DNA from: Octopus bimaculoides
Taxonomy: Eukaryota
DNA length: 37,590 nt
Direction: 5' to 3'
NCBI RefSeq assembly: GCF_001194135.2
Contig: NC_068986.1
Coordinates: 68,014,120-68,051,709, forward strand
The notes under the pieces are model-generated. The model was given only the letters and a program-made list of their open reading frames with translations. It did not search any database and was not told where the DNA came from. Position 1 is the stretch's first letter; each line of letters starts with the position of its first letter. Positions 21,061 through 33,552 of the stretch are shown one piece after another. Both the position numbers and the translations under genes were made by a program.

Positions 21061-21351
21061 TCATATGAAGAGAAAGAAGTAGGGTGTAGCATGCGTGAGA
21101 GATATACATGTACAGAGAAAGAGTGAGAGTGTGTTAAATATATATACAGAGAGAGAAAGCGTAAAAGACAGAGAGTGACAGACGAATAGACAGATAGGAT
21201 AGATAGAGAGATAGAGATTTGGCGAGCTGAACGTTAAGATATTTCTCGTATTAAATTTTTATTATTATTTACCGAAATCAAAAAAGTTTCAGAGCCTTTC
21301 AGTGACATACATACATACATAATACACACACTCTTATTTTGACAGACAGAC

Positions 21352-21420
<69 letters not shown>

Positions 21421-21727
21421 TGTGTGGGAGAATAGAAATATAGAGGTTTGTGACAGGGTACACAGTAAAAACTGCTAAGAGAAGAAAAACTTCAAGATCA
21501 AAGCACGACTGATTTGTTATGCTTATCGTTCTTTAGGAAAAGTCTATGAGAAGTTCCCACTTCTAGAAATAGCGACTACGTTGCTTTAACTTCTCACTGC
21601 TTGCCTGGAGGGTGCCGTTCGTGTTCTACAAGCTTACGTAACTATAATCCAGGATGAGGGTATCATCTGGTAACATGTAATCCTCATATATAGATGAAGG
21701 GGGCGTGACTGTGTGTGTGTAAGTGTA

Positions 21728-21797
<70 letters not shown>

Positions 21798-22356
21798 CGT
21801 ATGTATGTAAAGTTTAAAGTTTACAGCTTCAATAAAATAATATATATATNNNNNNNNNNNNNNNNNNNNNNNNNNNNNNNNNNNNNNNNNNNNNNNNNNN
21901 NNNNNNNNNNNNNNNNNNNNNNNNNNNNNNNNNNNNNNNNNNNNNNNNNNNNNNNNNNNNNNNNNNNNNNNNNNNNNNNNNNNNNNNNNNNNNNNNNNNN
22001 NNNNNNNNNNNNNNNNNNNNNNNNNNNNNNNNNNNNNNNNNNNNNNNNNNNNNNNNNNNNNNNNNNNNNNNNNNNNNNNNNNNNNNNNNNNNNNNNNNNN
22101 NNNNNNNNNNNNNNNNNNNNNNNNNNNNNNNNNNNNNNNNNNNNNNNNNNNNNNNNNNNNNTATATATATATATAAGGATAGTATAGTATATGCACAGAA
22201 TAGGACAGAGAAGGCTCAGTTCCCATGGAGCATTATTAATAGTAGAGATAATCATAAAAATAACCACAGAATAGCAGAACCTAGAAAAACAGTAAATGTG
22301 ATAGGGACCAAACTGGAAGGAAAAAAAACACCACAATATTAAGAAAGATAGATATA

Positions 22357-22474
22357 AAAAGAACCCACGAAACAACAGCCAATGGTAGAAAGAAAAGAAC
22401 CCACGAAACAGCAGCCAAGGGTAGAAAGAAAAGAACCGACGAAACAGCAGCCAAGGGTAGAAAGAAAAGAACCG
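22357..22474 (+). repeat. 36-bp tandem repeat x3.3 (encodes KEPTKQQPRVER)
   Basis: Units start at 22357, 22393, 22429 and 22465. Confidence 0.9.
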
Positions 22475-23329
22475 TTAAACTTGGATGGAAATAATAATAA
22501 AACAGTAGAAGCAGATAAAACAAAATGCGGTAACAAGCCTAACAGGTATATTAAAAGAAATAGGAAAATAAGTGAAATCATTTGGTTTAATCCAATTTTT
22601 AATTCACAAATAAAATCCAAAACAGGTGAGGAATTCTTCTCTGCGTTAGATAGGCACTTCCCGAAATCTTCCAAATATCACAAAATTATCAACAGGCATA
22701 ATGTAAAATTATCATATGCGACCTCTAACAATCTAGACCAGGGGTTTTCAAACTGTGGTCCGCGGACAACAGGGGGTCCGCAAGGACAAGACAGGGGGGT
22801 CCGTGGACAGCAAATACGTTTTATGAGCAAATTGATTTTATATATGCTTTTTAATCGAAATCTTTTAATTGACAATAAACCTATTTGTTAAATACTGTTA
22901 AATAAATAAATGTAAAAATATATGTTATTTTAAGCAAATATTTATATATAAATTTCATAAGCGTTTATAAGGGGGTCCCTAAGGTAAAGCCTGAAATATA
23001 AAGGGGTCCGCAAGTCAAAAAGTTTGAAAACCCCTGATCTAGACTACCACATACACAAACGAAATTATGCAAAACACAATAGGATAAAACTAGAGAGGGT
23101 ATATAGAAAAACCACAGCTCATAGCATAATAATCGACGATGGACTACTTGCAAACGGGAATAATAAAAATTCATCAACAACAAAAATTGAATACTCAAGT
23201 AGCAAAAAAGTCCATCACCACACACGCCTCCATCTACTTATAATTACCATTCCTTCCTTTCTTTCCATCACCTTTCCTCACCAAATACAGACAAAAATGC
23301 CCACACATTCCAATCAACCTTTTCGTTAG
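22382..23329 (+). mobile_element. Penelope-like element ORF remnant (RT-endonuclease linker), interrupted by a MITE
   Basis: RKISEIIWFNP.FNS.IKSKTGEEF...DRHFP....HKIINRHNVKLSY is the characteristic Penelope linker. The frame resumes after the MITE. Confidence 0.75.
22739..23036. mobile_element. hAT (Charlie-like) MITE, 298 bp
   Basis: Perfect 16-bp TIRs CAGGGGTTTTCAAACT (22739-54 / 23021-36). Perfect 8-bp TSD ATCTAGAC (22731-38 / 23037-44). Confidence 0.95.
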
Positions 23330-23712
23330 TCAAAATTGATAAACACCTCTTAGTTAAACATTCATTAATGTTATTTCGCCCGAGGATATGAATGCATGAA
23401 CATGGTCTACCCGATATCCATGGATGCTATGGACTGCACTGTAATCATCCCAAGAATACGGACTATGGTCTTTAAAATAATGTTTGTGGAAACGCATGTA
23501 GCGATGCATTAAAGCATTTATAAATTCCATCAAAGGGTTATTATACTTATTACTATATTTGTCCTGCATTATATCGGCACAGCTCGGTGCAAACCCCAAA
23601 TACTGGTATCGCCAGTTGGTATCATTAGGCTGCAGCCGGCATAATAGAATTGAAGCTTTTACATGCATATTCAAAACGGTGCCCGTAAAGAAACTTAAAG
23701 GATACATGTGTG

Positions 23713-23985
<273 letters not shown>

Positions 23986-24033
23986 AAAAATAATACACAC
24001 AGACACACATATAATACATATTTATATACATAC

Positions 24034-24217
24034 GTGAAGTATATTTGCCACTTAAATGTTGCTAGACCCTAAGGGTGAATGCTACTGTTGCTTTTAGCCC
24101 CAGGAGATCATCTCCTCCAGCTGGCTATTGACACAGGAGATGTTCTCCTGGGGCTAAAAGCAACAGTAGCATTCACCCTTAGGGTCTAGCTACATTTAAG
24201 TGGCAAATATACTTCAC
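24034..24217. repeat. Near-perfect 184-bp palindrome (83-bp arms, 18-nt loop)
   Basis: 24034-24116 and 24135-24217 are reverse complements with 2 mismatches. Confidence 0.95.
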
Positions 24218-24257
24218 ATTGTCGTGCAGTTACTGTTTATACCTCGTTCAGAGATTT

Positions 24258-24298
<41 letters not shown>

Positions 24299-24726
24299 TT
24301 ATATATATAAGTAAACACATATATGTGTATATGTGTATTCATAGTTGCACTGAAATTTAACAGCCGTTGTATTGCTTCCTGAGACAGGAAACGAAAGTTA
24401 TGAAAGGAAAGTTGTTAATGGGACACTAAAGGTTTGTAAAAAGAATAATAATATAGTTATACATTTAAGTGGCCTGGTGCACGGACTATGGCTATTGTGT
24501 TCTGATTAAAGTTTCATTTTACCTCTCTATAGCTACTCGTGAAGTTAGACATTTAATTAAATAGTAACGCAATGTCAGTAACAAATATTTTCTCAAAAAG
24601 AAAATGCACACGTCATCATATACTGATATAGCTTAAGATGCAAAGTGGGGCTATAAAGTGTCACTTGTCAAGTTAGCACTTATATACCAGCACACAAGTT
24701 TATAGAGAAACAATATATTTTGAAGT

Positions 24727-25157
24727 TACTCTTTTACTCTTTTACCTTTTTACTTGTTTCAGTCATTTGACTGCGGCCATGCTGGAGCACCGCCTTTAGT
24801 CGAGAAAATCGACACCCGGACTTATTTATTGTAAGCCAAGTACTTATTCTATCGGTCTCTTTTTGCCGAACCGCTAAGTTACGGGGGACCTAAACACACC
24901 AGCATCGGTTGTCAAGCGATGGTGGGGGGGGGGGACAAACACAGACACACAAACACACATACACACATATATATATATACATATATACATATATACGACG
25001 GGCTTCTTTCAGTTTCCGTCTACCAAATCCACTCACAAGGCTTTGGTCGGCCCGAGGCTATAGTAGAAGACACTTGCCCAAGGTGCCACGTAGTGGGACT
25101 GAACCCGGAAACATGTGGTTGGTAAGCAAGCTACTTACCACACAGCCACTCCTGCGC
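24727..25157 (-). mobile_element. SINE family C, near full length
   Basis: Minus head GCGCAGGAGTGGCTGTGTGGTAAG..GGGTTCAGTCCC, CORE-like TTGGGCAAGTGTCTT, RTE-like tail and (GAGTAAAA)-type end. Confidence 0.9.
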
Positions 25158-25917
25158 AAGGCAATTTTTTTAATACACAATATATGGTGTTTTTTCTGTT
25201 CGGAGCACAAATATAATTCTGAGCAAACAACTTTCAACAGTATTAACCGACCTCTTTCGAAGACACCAATTTAAATGTTCACCTCGCAGCTGACGAGATT
25301 CCTATACAGAACGTATTTCAGCAAAATTATTAATGGAATGAAATAAATTCAGGGATTTCTGCATTCTTCACACAAATCACATTAAAAGAATGTTTCAACT
25401 TTCATCATGTATTATAGAATAGTTTTTCTTTTTGCATTCTGATACATATTGAAATTCTTTCGAATATAGTCATCGTCTGGTTAGTAATGATACATCATCA
25501 CTATGATGAAAGTTACTTAGAAAATATTTTCCACGCATATTTTTCTTTTTTTTTATTTCACTCCAAACAGCGCTTTTCTATCGCATTTTAAATAGACTAA
25601 TACGTACACAGTGTATGTGCGTGTGTGCATGTGTGTGCGCACGAGCGAGCGAACAACTTATAAGAAGTATTAGTTTGACACTCAAGAAGAATAGAAAAGT
25701 TTTTGACGTTTCGAGCTTTCGCTCTTTAACAGAAAGGAATGAGGAAAGAAAACAATGCAGAGAAGTAAAACGAGCGGAGACAAAAATACAAGATGTGTCT
25801 GGATTTACGGTTTCACATAATGAATTGATGGAAAGAAGGGAAATGGTGGTGGCAAGGGGGGACAACAGTAACCTCGCTAAAGTGTGTGCGTAAGCGTGTG
25901 TTGTGTATGTGAGGATA

Positions 25918-25962
<45 letters not shown>

Positions 25963-26413
25963 CGTATGTGCGTGGGCAAGCATGTGCGTGAGTATGAAGA
26001 TTATGGGAGCGTGCATAAGTATTCGTGCGTGTGTGTGCGCACGCGCGCACGTGTGTGAGTGTGTGAGGAAACAAGTACGTACGCGTGTACGGAGCGACGT
26101 GTGCTCCGTATATTTATGCGTGCAAGCATGTGTGTGTGGACGTATATGCGGGAATGTGTTAGGCTGTTTAACATGTGCGTGTGAGGCTATCAGATGTGCT
26201 TGTTTGTGTAAAAACGCATGTTGTAGCAGCTGATCTATGCGTGTATGTAGCAGCTAATGCGTGCCAGTAGTGACTGTGTGTATATGTGTTTGTGTATGGG
26301 TGTGCATCTGTGTGGTATATGTATGTGTGTGTCTGTTTCTCTGTGTCTGTGTGGTGTGGTGTGGTGTGTGTATGTGTTTTTCATGTGTCATCTTTTAGGC
26401 TTGTGTAAGTGTG

Positions 26414-26692
26414 TAAAAGTTAGCTGGACATACGCGTGTATGTGTCTGTGTCTGTGTGTGCGTCAAAATCAGCCGGACATATACGTGCGTGTATCTGTGT
26501 ATGTTTTTGTCAGCCGGACATAAGCGTGTGTGTGTATGTATGTGGGTGTGCCTGTGTTTGTGTGTAAAAGTCAGCCGGACATATACGTGTGTGTGTATAA
26601 GAGTCAGTCGGACATACGCGTGCCTGTGTGCGTCTATATGTACGTAAAACCCAGGCGGACATATGCGTACGTGTGTGTGTGTGTGTGTGTGT

Positions 26693-26783
<91 letters not shown>

Positions 26784-26960
26784 TGTGTGTCTGTGTGTCT
26801 GTATATAAAAGCCTATCGGACATATGTGTGCTTGTCTGTGTGTGTATAAAAGTCAGTCGGACACGTGTGTGTGTGTGTGTGTAAAAGTCAGCCGGCCACA
26901 TACGTGTGTGTGTCGTCTGTGTGTATGTGCGTGCGCGTGCGTAAATGTCAGCCGGATATA
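26414..26960 (+). repeat. Array of 10 copies of a ~19-bp motif TAAAAGTCAGCCGGACATA with variable TG-rich spacers
   Basis: Copies at about 26414, 26464, 26505, 26565, 26598, 26645, 26806, 26847, 26882 and 26942. Confidence 0.85.
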
Positions 26961-27000
26961 TGTGTGCATTGTTGTTGTTGCCATTGTTGCTGTTGTTGTT

Positions 27001-27270
27001 GGTCGCAGCATAGGGAAGCGTATAGGCGAACACTGGCGGGAGCTTAAAGAGAAGAAAGGCTCATCAATGCTCTACTAACATGTTCAAACGGAAGGTAAAG
27101 GCTCGGTTAATAACACAGAGCTCAAGGCATTATCAACGCGTAGAACTGACACGACACTTAGACAGATCACAGAGGCTACACATATAGCAATAGGCAGACC
27201 GAACCTCAACAGAAACCACGAATGCAACAATAACATACACCACAACACCACACAACATGGCGACTAAAGA
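27001..27270 (+). mobile_element. Penelope-like GIY-YIG endonuclease, C-terminal half (one in-frame stop)
   Basis: GRSIGKRIGEHWRELKEKKGSSMLY*HV...DTTLRQITEATHI..GRPNLNRNHE contains the R..EH, RQI.EA and P.LN hallmarks. Confidence 0.75.
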
Positions 27271-27601
27271 CAGAAAGGAGTAAAAACATAAATAAGCAGA
27301 TACAAACAGTGTGATACACACACGATGGACAAATATGCACATACCTATGATAACTATAAGAAATATAGATAAATAAGTAAACTCAAAGAAATGTATAAAG
27401 AGCAAGGATACAAACAACATGGTAAGCGAACACATATACACACACAAATACACATACAGTAACTTCACAAACGGCAGCAGCGTCAGCAAATACACAAACA
27501 GAGAGATACAGGAAAGGTACCAAAAGCCGGGGTCAAGGGCAGCAACAGCGGAAACGGAGGAGAGGACGGCGATAAGGGGAGGTCCATAGTGCTACTAAGA
27601 A

Positions 27602-27680
<79 letters not shown>

Positions 27681-27770
27681 TACAGACGCAAACGCATGCG
27701 CATATAAAGATACACATCATAGAAGAATAGAATGAACTAAGCGGAGCAGGAGCACACACGAGGACGGAAA

Positions 27771-27816
27771 GTGTTGCTGAAGAGGTCACAGATGTGTGAC
27801 GAAAGATTTTCGGACA
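27771..27816 (+). ncRNA. Degenerate hammerhead ribozyme motif at the Penelope 3' region
   Basis: CTGAAGA 27777-83 plus G, stem II GTCACA/TGTGAC (27785-90/27795-800), GAAA 27801-04, candidate TTC cleavage triplet 27809-11. Stem I is only partly paired. Confidence 0.5.
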
Positions 27817-27900
27817 ATGGACATGAATTAAAATAAGAACAGTAGTAATGACTGAAGAACGAATACATAGTGCATGCGTGTATTTGGCAAAAAAACAACG

Positions 27901-27960
<60 letters not shown>

Positions 27961-27961
27961 C

Positions 27962-28011
<50 letters not shown>

Positions 28012-28635
28012 ATAAATAAAATTAGCACGAAGCTTTAAGGAGCATCAACCTATTCAGAAATGAGAGCTAAGGTCTCACTTCAACCGCCATAAAGGCACCA
28101 AAGTTATAGAAAATAATAGTATGCGAGGAAACGGACAAAGAATTCAAAAGTATACCCATAAAGATTATGCTGTTCAGATGCTCATATACCATGGTTTCGG
28201 GTGTTTTCCCGCGAGCATTAGCTCTCATCAGTATGAGTCACTTGGCAAGAAATTCCAAATCCGCCACGTTATAAAACCATTAGTGCTCTGGCTTGTTTTG
28301 CGACAAAAACCAGCAACACATGGTGCAAAATATTTATGAACCAAAAACATTCGAATGTTTACATTCGAAATACGATGTTACTATTGTTAATACTATCTAT
28401 GGCAAATATTTTTAATTAATAATATTAACAGCAGTAGCATAGGCGGTTCAGGTTCACAGGTTTAATTGCATCATATGCCATAAAATATAAAATATAAAAT
28501 TAGCACAAATCTTTAAGAATGCAGTGAGCATCAACCAGTTCAGAAATGAGAGCTAAGGTCTCATTTCAACCACCATAACACACCAAAATCATATATTTTA
28601 TATTTTATAGCTTATAATGCTATAAAGTATATATA

Positions 28636-28699
<64 letters not shown>

Positions 28700-29639
28700 C
28701 ACACATCAGTAAATCACTCCAATTACATTTTTGGTACCGACGAACAAGGTTCTACTTAGTCACTCAACCAGCTAGAAATAGCTGCCAAATCTCTCTAGAA
28801 TCGCACTTATACGCTTAAAAAAGGAGTACATTGGATAACATGTCGTTGGTACACTGTGGTGGGAAAATGATGAGATGGTCACAGCGGCAATGGTTTTCAT
28901 CACAGGTCTCCTGATTCGAAGAGACAAGAACACGAACTGCAACAACTCTATCAGTGGAAATATGTCTTTATTCTAAGGGGTAGCAATATGACTACAATCC
29001 AGAAAAGCTTAATATAACCTCAATGTTATTACGAGTAAGTACTAACAACATATTATGCTAGCGAAAAGGCTTTATGCTGGCTCAGATATCAACATGTTTA
29101 ACACTTAGGCATTTGAATAAAATATTTCTAATGATAACTGGATTGTCTGACCCAGATCTCAGCTTATTAAATCTCAGCATTCTTCCAATATAGTATTGTG
29201 GTTTACCTTGTGATTACATCTGAAACATTCTCAAAATAGAACGACAACCCAACCCTCAGTATAATATTCGGTATCTATTGCAATTTTTATGCCAACGGCG
29301 ATGGCATAGTTCAAAAATACAAACTAATTCTCAGTAATAAATACAAAACCAACATATCATAATATCAGTTCAACTAATTGCAGTACTTTGCATTATACCT
29401 CCAATGATTTTGACATTGCAGACATAGAGCAATTGTATGCATGTATGTGCGAAGTATATGGCAGAAAATCTGAAGTGATGGATGCAGTTTCACTGGAGCT
29501 TTAGCTGCTGCTGGCGTATTGAAATGTTTGTGATGGTGATTAATGTGCTTGAACTGGTATAGAAACAAGTAATATCTCACTGGAAAAATTAAGTGAATGC
29601 ATCACAATAAGTTAAGTATTCAAAAGTTTATTTTCATAT

Positions 29640-30480
29640 AACTGTGGAATTATCAACTGCGTTAGTACTGTTGATTAGTAACAGAATTCATTACCAAAAA
29701 AACGATGGGACAACCTTTGGTTTAATCTGGAAGGAGAAGTTGTCTTCATGACTTTTCCGGGCCATATAAGACCGCTTCATTTTCCTATTGAACAACTGCA
29801 AGTTTTTGGCAGTGAGTGGAGTAACATTGGCAGGGTTGAAATTTCAGGGAGTAGACTTTCTGATAGGTAGTAAGGAGGATTCAGTGCAGTAGTTAGTACG
29901 AGATCAATATAAGTGACGAGAGGAAGAGATACGAATGAGTTTATTGGTGTGGGTCAAGTGGACCAAGACAATCCAGCAGTAACGAGTTGGGGTCACTGTG
30001 GAAAAGATAGATCAATCGTGGTTCAAAGTAAGAGATGTTTTAACGAGCAACTCCATATCAACTAGACCAGTGGTCTATTGGAGGGTATCTATTAGTATAG
30101 GAGAAGAACCATCCAAGATGTGGGAGCTATACTCTATGATTGCTCTGACTTGAGCTCTTTAGGCTTGTAGAAGGTTAGCTAGCTGTTGAAATCTGAAGTA
30201 ATTCTAGTTCTTAAGAGGCTAGTTTTGGGGACGCAACTTTTTTCAGTTGCCGATGTGAGATCGCCACGATAATTCATAAGTGATTGTGAGGTCAACCATT
30301 TGTAGCGACTCGAATGCGGCTACTGGAGATCGGAGATTTAAGTTTTGAAAGAAGTTGGCTATTAATGCATTTTTTTTCTCTCAGCTTTGAAATGTTAAAA
30401 GTGAGAACGACAAATTGATAGTAGGTGAGGAGAGAAAGGTTGCTCAAGGTTTATCCAGAAATAAAGATATATACCTGTAG
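29640..30480 (-). mobile_element. Very old CR1/L2-like LINE remnant
   Basis: Minus strand gives fragments resembling the endonuclease (DFN, DL.F.SDP, PL...H). Heavily decayed. Confidence 0.3.
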
Positions 30481-30892
30481 AAGAGAAACTAAAGTGTTTG
30501 GTGAGGGTGGGAGCTTGTTCTGGAGCACATTTTTAGAGTATTTAAAGTAAAGGAAAGGACGCTAGCAGGACTGTTTTCTTCTTAGCTTGAAGTTACTGGA
30601 TATGCTATTCTTTTTGATGTGCATGTAACATATATATCTTAAAGAGCCTGGTGAAAGAGAGGAAGAGTTTTACCGAGATCAACACCTCAGTCAAATACAT
30701 ACATCAAAGGAAGGAGGTTTGTATAACATCTAAATCCCATAGCTTAGAGACGGCACCCGTACAAATGTGTATAGACCACGGATGAGGATTCCACAATCTC
30801 TTGTTAAGCAACCACACTGATGATTTACTTGTAATAATCAAATGTATGTGTTGCATATAAGCTCACTCCATCAAATCGACATTTCCAATACA

Positions 30893-31060
30893 GATGCACA
30901 AGTGTGCCGTACATCAAATGTGGAAATATTCGCTAAGCAATGTGAGATTATGTGTTTGGCTGAAGGTCAAAACACAGCGTACCACATGGTCTGGAAATCG
31001 GAAACCACGATCGCGTGATCGTGAGTGCAACACCCTGACCACTAAGCCATGCGCTTTCAC
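30893..31060 (-). mobile_element. tRNA-derived SINE 5' part (family E)
   Basis: Minus head GTGAAAGCGCATGGCTTAGTGGTCAGGGTGTTGCACTC..GGTTTCCGATTTCC with A-box and B-box-like motifs. Confidence 0.65.
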
Positions 31061-31117
31061 ACTATTTATGTATATATTTATTTATTATCTGTGCGCCTAC
31101 GTCTAGTGTTAAGAGAA

Positions 31118-31447
31118 GTTGTTGGCACTCCGTCGCTTACGACGTCGAGGGTTCCAGTTGATCCTATCAACGGAACAGCCTGCTCGTGAAATTAACATGC
31201 AAGTGGCTGAGCACTCCATAGACACGTGTGCCCTTAACGTAGTTCTCGGGGATATTCAGCGTGACACAGTGTGACAAGGCTGACCCTTTGAATTACAGGC
31301 ACAACAGAAACAGTGAGAGTGAGAGAAAGTTGTGGTGAAAGAGTAGACCAGGGTTCGCCACTATCCCCTGCCGGAGTCTCGTGGAACTTTAGATGTTTTC
31401 GCTCAATAAACACTCACAGCGCCGGTCTGGGAATCGAAACCGCAATC
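31118..31447 (-). mobile_element. tRNA-derived SINE family B (head lost in gap)
   Basis: Near-identical to 36651-37029. Confidence 0.9.
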
Positions 31448-31958
31448 NNNNNNNNNNNNNNNNNNNNNNNNNNNNNNNNNNNNNNNNNNNNNNNNNNNNN
31501 NNNNNNNNNNNNNNNNNNNNNNNNNNNNNNNNNNNNNNNNNNNNNNNNNNNNNNNNNNNNNNNNNNNNNNNNNNNNNNNNNNNNNNNNNNNNNNNNNNNN
31601 NNNNNNNNNNNNNNNNNNNNNNNNNNNNNNNNNNNNNNNNNNNNNNNNNNNNNNNNNNNNNNNNNNNNNNNNNNNNNNNNNNNNNNNNNNNNNNNNNNNN
31701 NNNNNNNNNNNNNNNNNNNNNNNNNNNNNNNNNNNNNNNNNNNNNNNNNNNNNNNNNNNNNNNNNNNNNNNNNNNNNNNNNNNNNNNNNNNNNNNNNNNN
31801 NNNNNNNNNNNNNNNNNNNNNNNNNNNNNNNNNNNNNNNNNNNNNNNNNNNNNNNNNNNNNNNNNNNNNNNNNNNNNNNGTGTGTGCATGTATGTATGTG
31901 TATATATATACATATATATATATATATGTATGTATGAATGTATGTGTGTGCATGTATG

Positions 31959-31997
<39 letters not shown>

Positions 31998-32194
31998 GCA
32001 AATATTATGGGGGTAAAAAATTAGAATAATATATTACCAGTGGTTCGCTTGCGTAATAAAAGTCATAAGACAACATATTTTAGATATAGGAGTGTATAAA
32101 GATTTAAACACGGAGAGAATTAACTTTTAGAATTATTCTTTTCGTGGTTTATATATATATATATATGTATAGATATAGATAGATAGATAGACAT

Positions 32195-32245
<51 letters not shown>

Positions 32246-32301
32246 TTGTTTGTGTGTGTATGTGTGTGTGGGTGAGAGAGAGAGAGAGAGAGAGAGAAAC
32301 T

Positions 32302-32335
<34 letters not shown>

Positions 32336-32363
32336 TAGATAGATACATACATACATACATACA

Positions 32364-32394
<31 letters not shown>

Positions 32395-32477
32395 TATATG
32401 ACAGGTAACACTAATATATTTATAACGATATTCGAAATACATGGTGGTAGGCTGCTCACTTATAAAAAGAAATAAGT

Positions 32478-32575
32478 ACTGAGATTGATTCATTCGACTA
32501 AAAACTCTTCAAGGCGGTGCCCCAGCATGGCCGCAGTCAAATGACCGAAACAAGTAGAAGAGTAAAAAAGTAAAA
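32478..32575 (+). mobile_element. Isolated RTE-like/SINE 3' tail
   Basis: AAGGCGGTGCCCAGCATGGCCGCAGTCAAATGACCGAAACAAG, as in the family C tails. Confidence 0.7.
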
Positions 32576-33173
32576 AAAGAACATCTAAAGTAAAATTTTA
32601 ATGTTTCTTTGTGTGTAATAAGTTTACAGCAAAGATCACGGCCCTCGTCATCGACATTGCTTTCGCAGGACTCGATTATCTGATAAACAAACACAATAGA
32701 ACAAGATTAGGATGTTTAGTTTGAGAAACGTGATAACCAAATAAGAACGATCACCGAGAAAACATCGTCCGAACTGTGTTGATAGGGGAAGAGCTGAGNN
32801 NNNNNNNNNNNNNNNNNNNNNNNNNNNNNNNNNNNNNNNNNNNAGGTGGTAACAAGGACTTAGTTATGATGGCGATGCTGGCTATGGTGGTAGTGGTGGT
32901 GTATGATTTTTGTGCGTGTGTGCGATTGCAGCGGCGGCGGTGACAGCGGCGATGGCGGTGGTGTAGGTGGTGGTGGTGGTGCTGGTAACCGGCGTCGTCA
33001 TCGTCGTCATGGTTATTCGTAGCTGGTGGAGGTGAAGAGTTAGTGATAGTAGATGTAGCAATGTTGATGGCAACAAGAACTTAGTTATGATGGCGATGCT
33101 GGTTATGGTGGTAGTGGTGGTGTATGATTTTTGTGCGTGTGTGCGTTTGTGTATGTGTTTGTAATTAGTAATT

Positions 33174-33480
33174 GAAGGAGCATGGTCCAGTGGTTAGAGA
33201 GTCGGACTCACAATCATGAGGTAGTGAGTTTGATACGCGGACCGAGTCGTGTGTTGTGTTCTTGAGCAAGACACTTTATTTCACGTCAAGCAAGAAACTC
33301 CAGTTCACTCAGCTTTAGAAGTGAGTTGCAACATCACTTGGCGGCAAGCTGTATCGGTCTTCGCATTCCCTTTGGGTAAAATCGATGGCGTGAAGAGGGG
33401 AGGCTGGTATGCATGGGTGACTGCTGGTCTTCCACAAACAATCTTGCTCGGACTTTCTGGGTGCAATCCTAAAGTCATTT
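33174..33480 (+). mobile_element. tRNA-derived SINE (family E) with a CORE/Meta-like central domain
   Basis: A box TGGTCCAGTGG, B-box-like GAGTTTGATAC, then GTTCTTGAGCAAGACACTT and CTCCAGTTCACTCAGCT. Confidence 0.7.
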
Positions 33481-33552
33481 GTGACCGACGAAACTGGGAG
33501 TTTACCCCTGGGATCTGTTCAGTTTGACTCACAAATTAATTATTTTTTTTAA

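Noticed and set aside
26414-26960. CRISPR array
   Set aside because: Eukaryotic context, spacers are low-complexity TG runs of very unequal length, the repeat is not palindromic, and there are no cas genes.
32851-33145. ~75-bp direct duplication (32851-32924 / 33072-33145), and a 14-bp x3 tandem at 36167-36208
   Set aside because: Ordinary local slippage duplications in low-complexity DNA, the first next to a gap.
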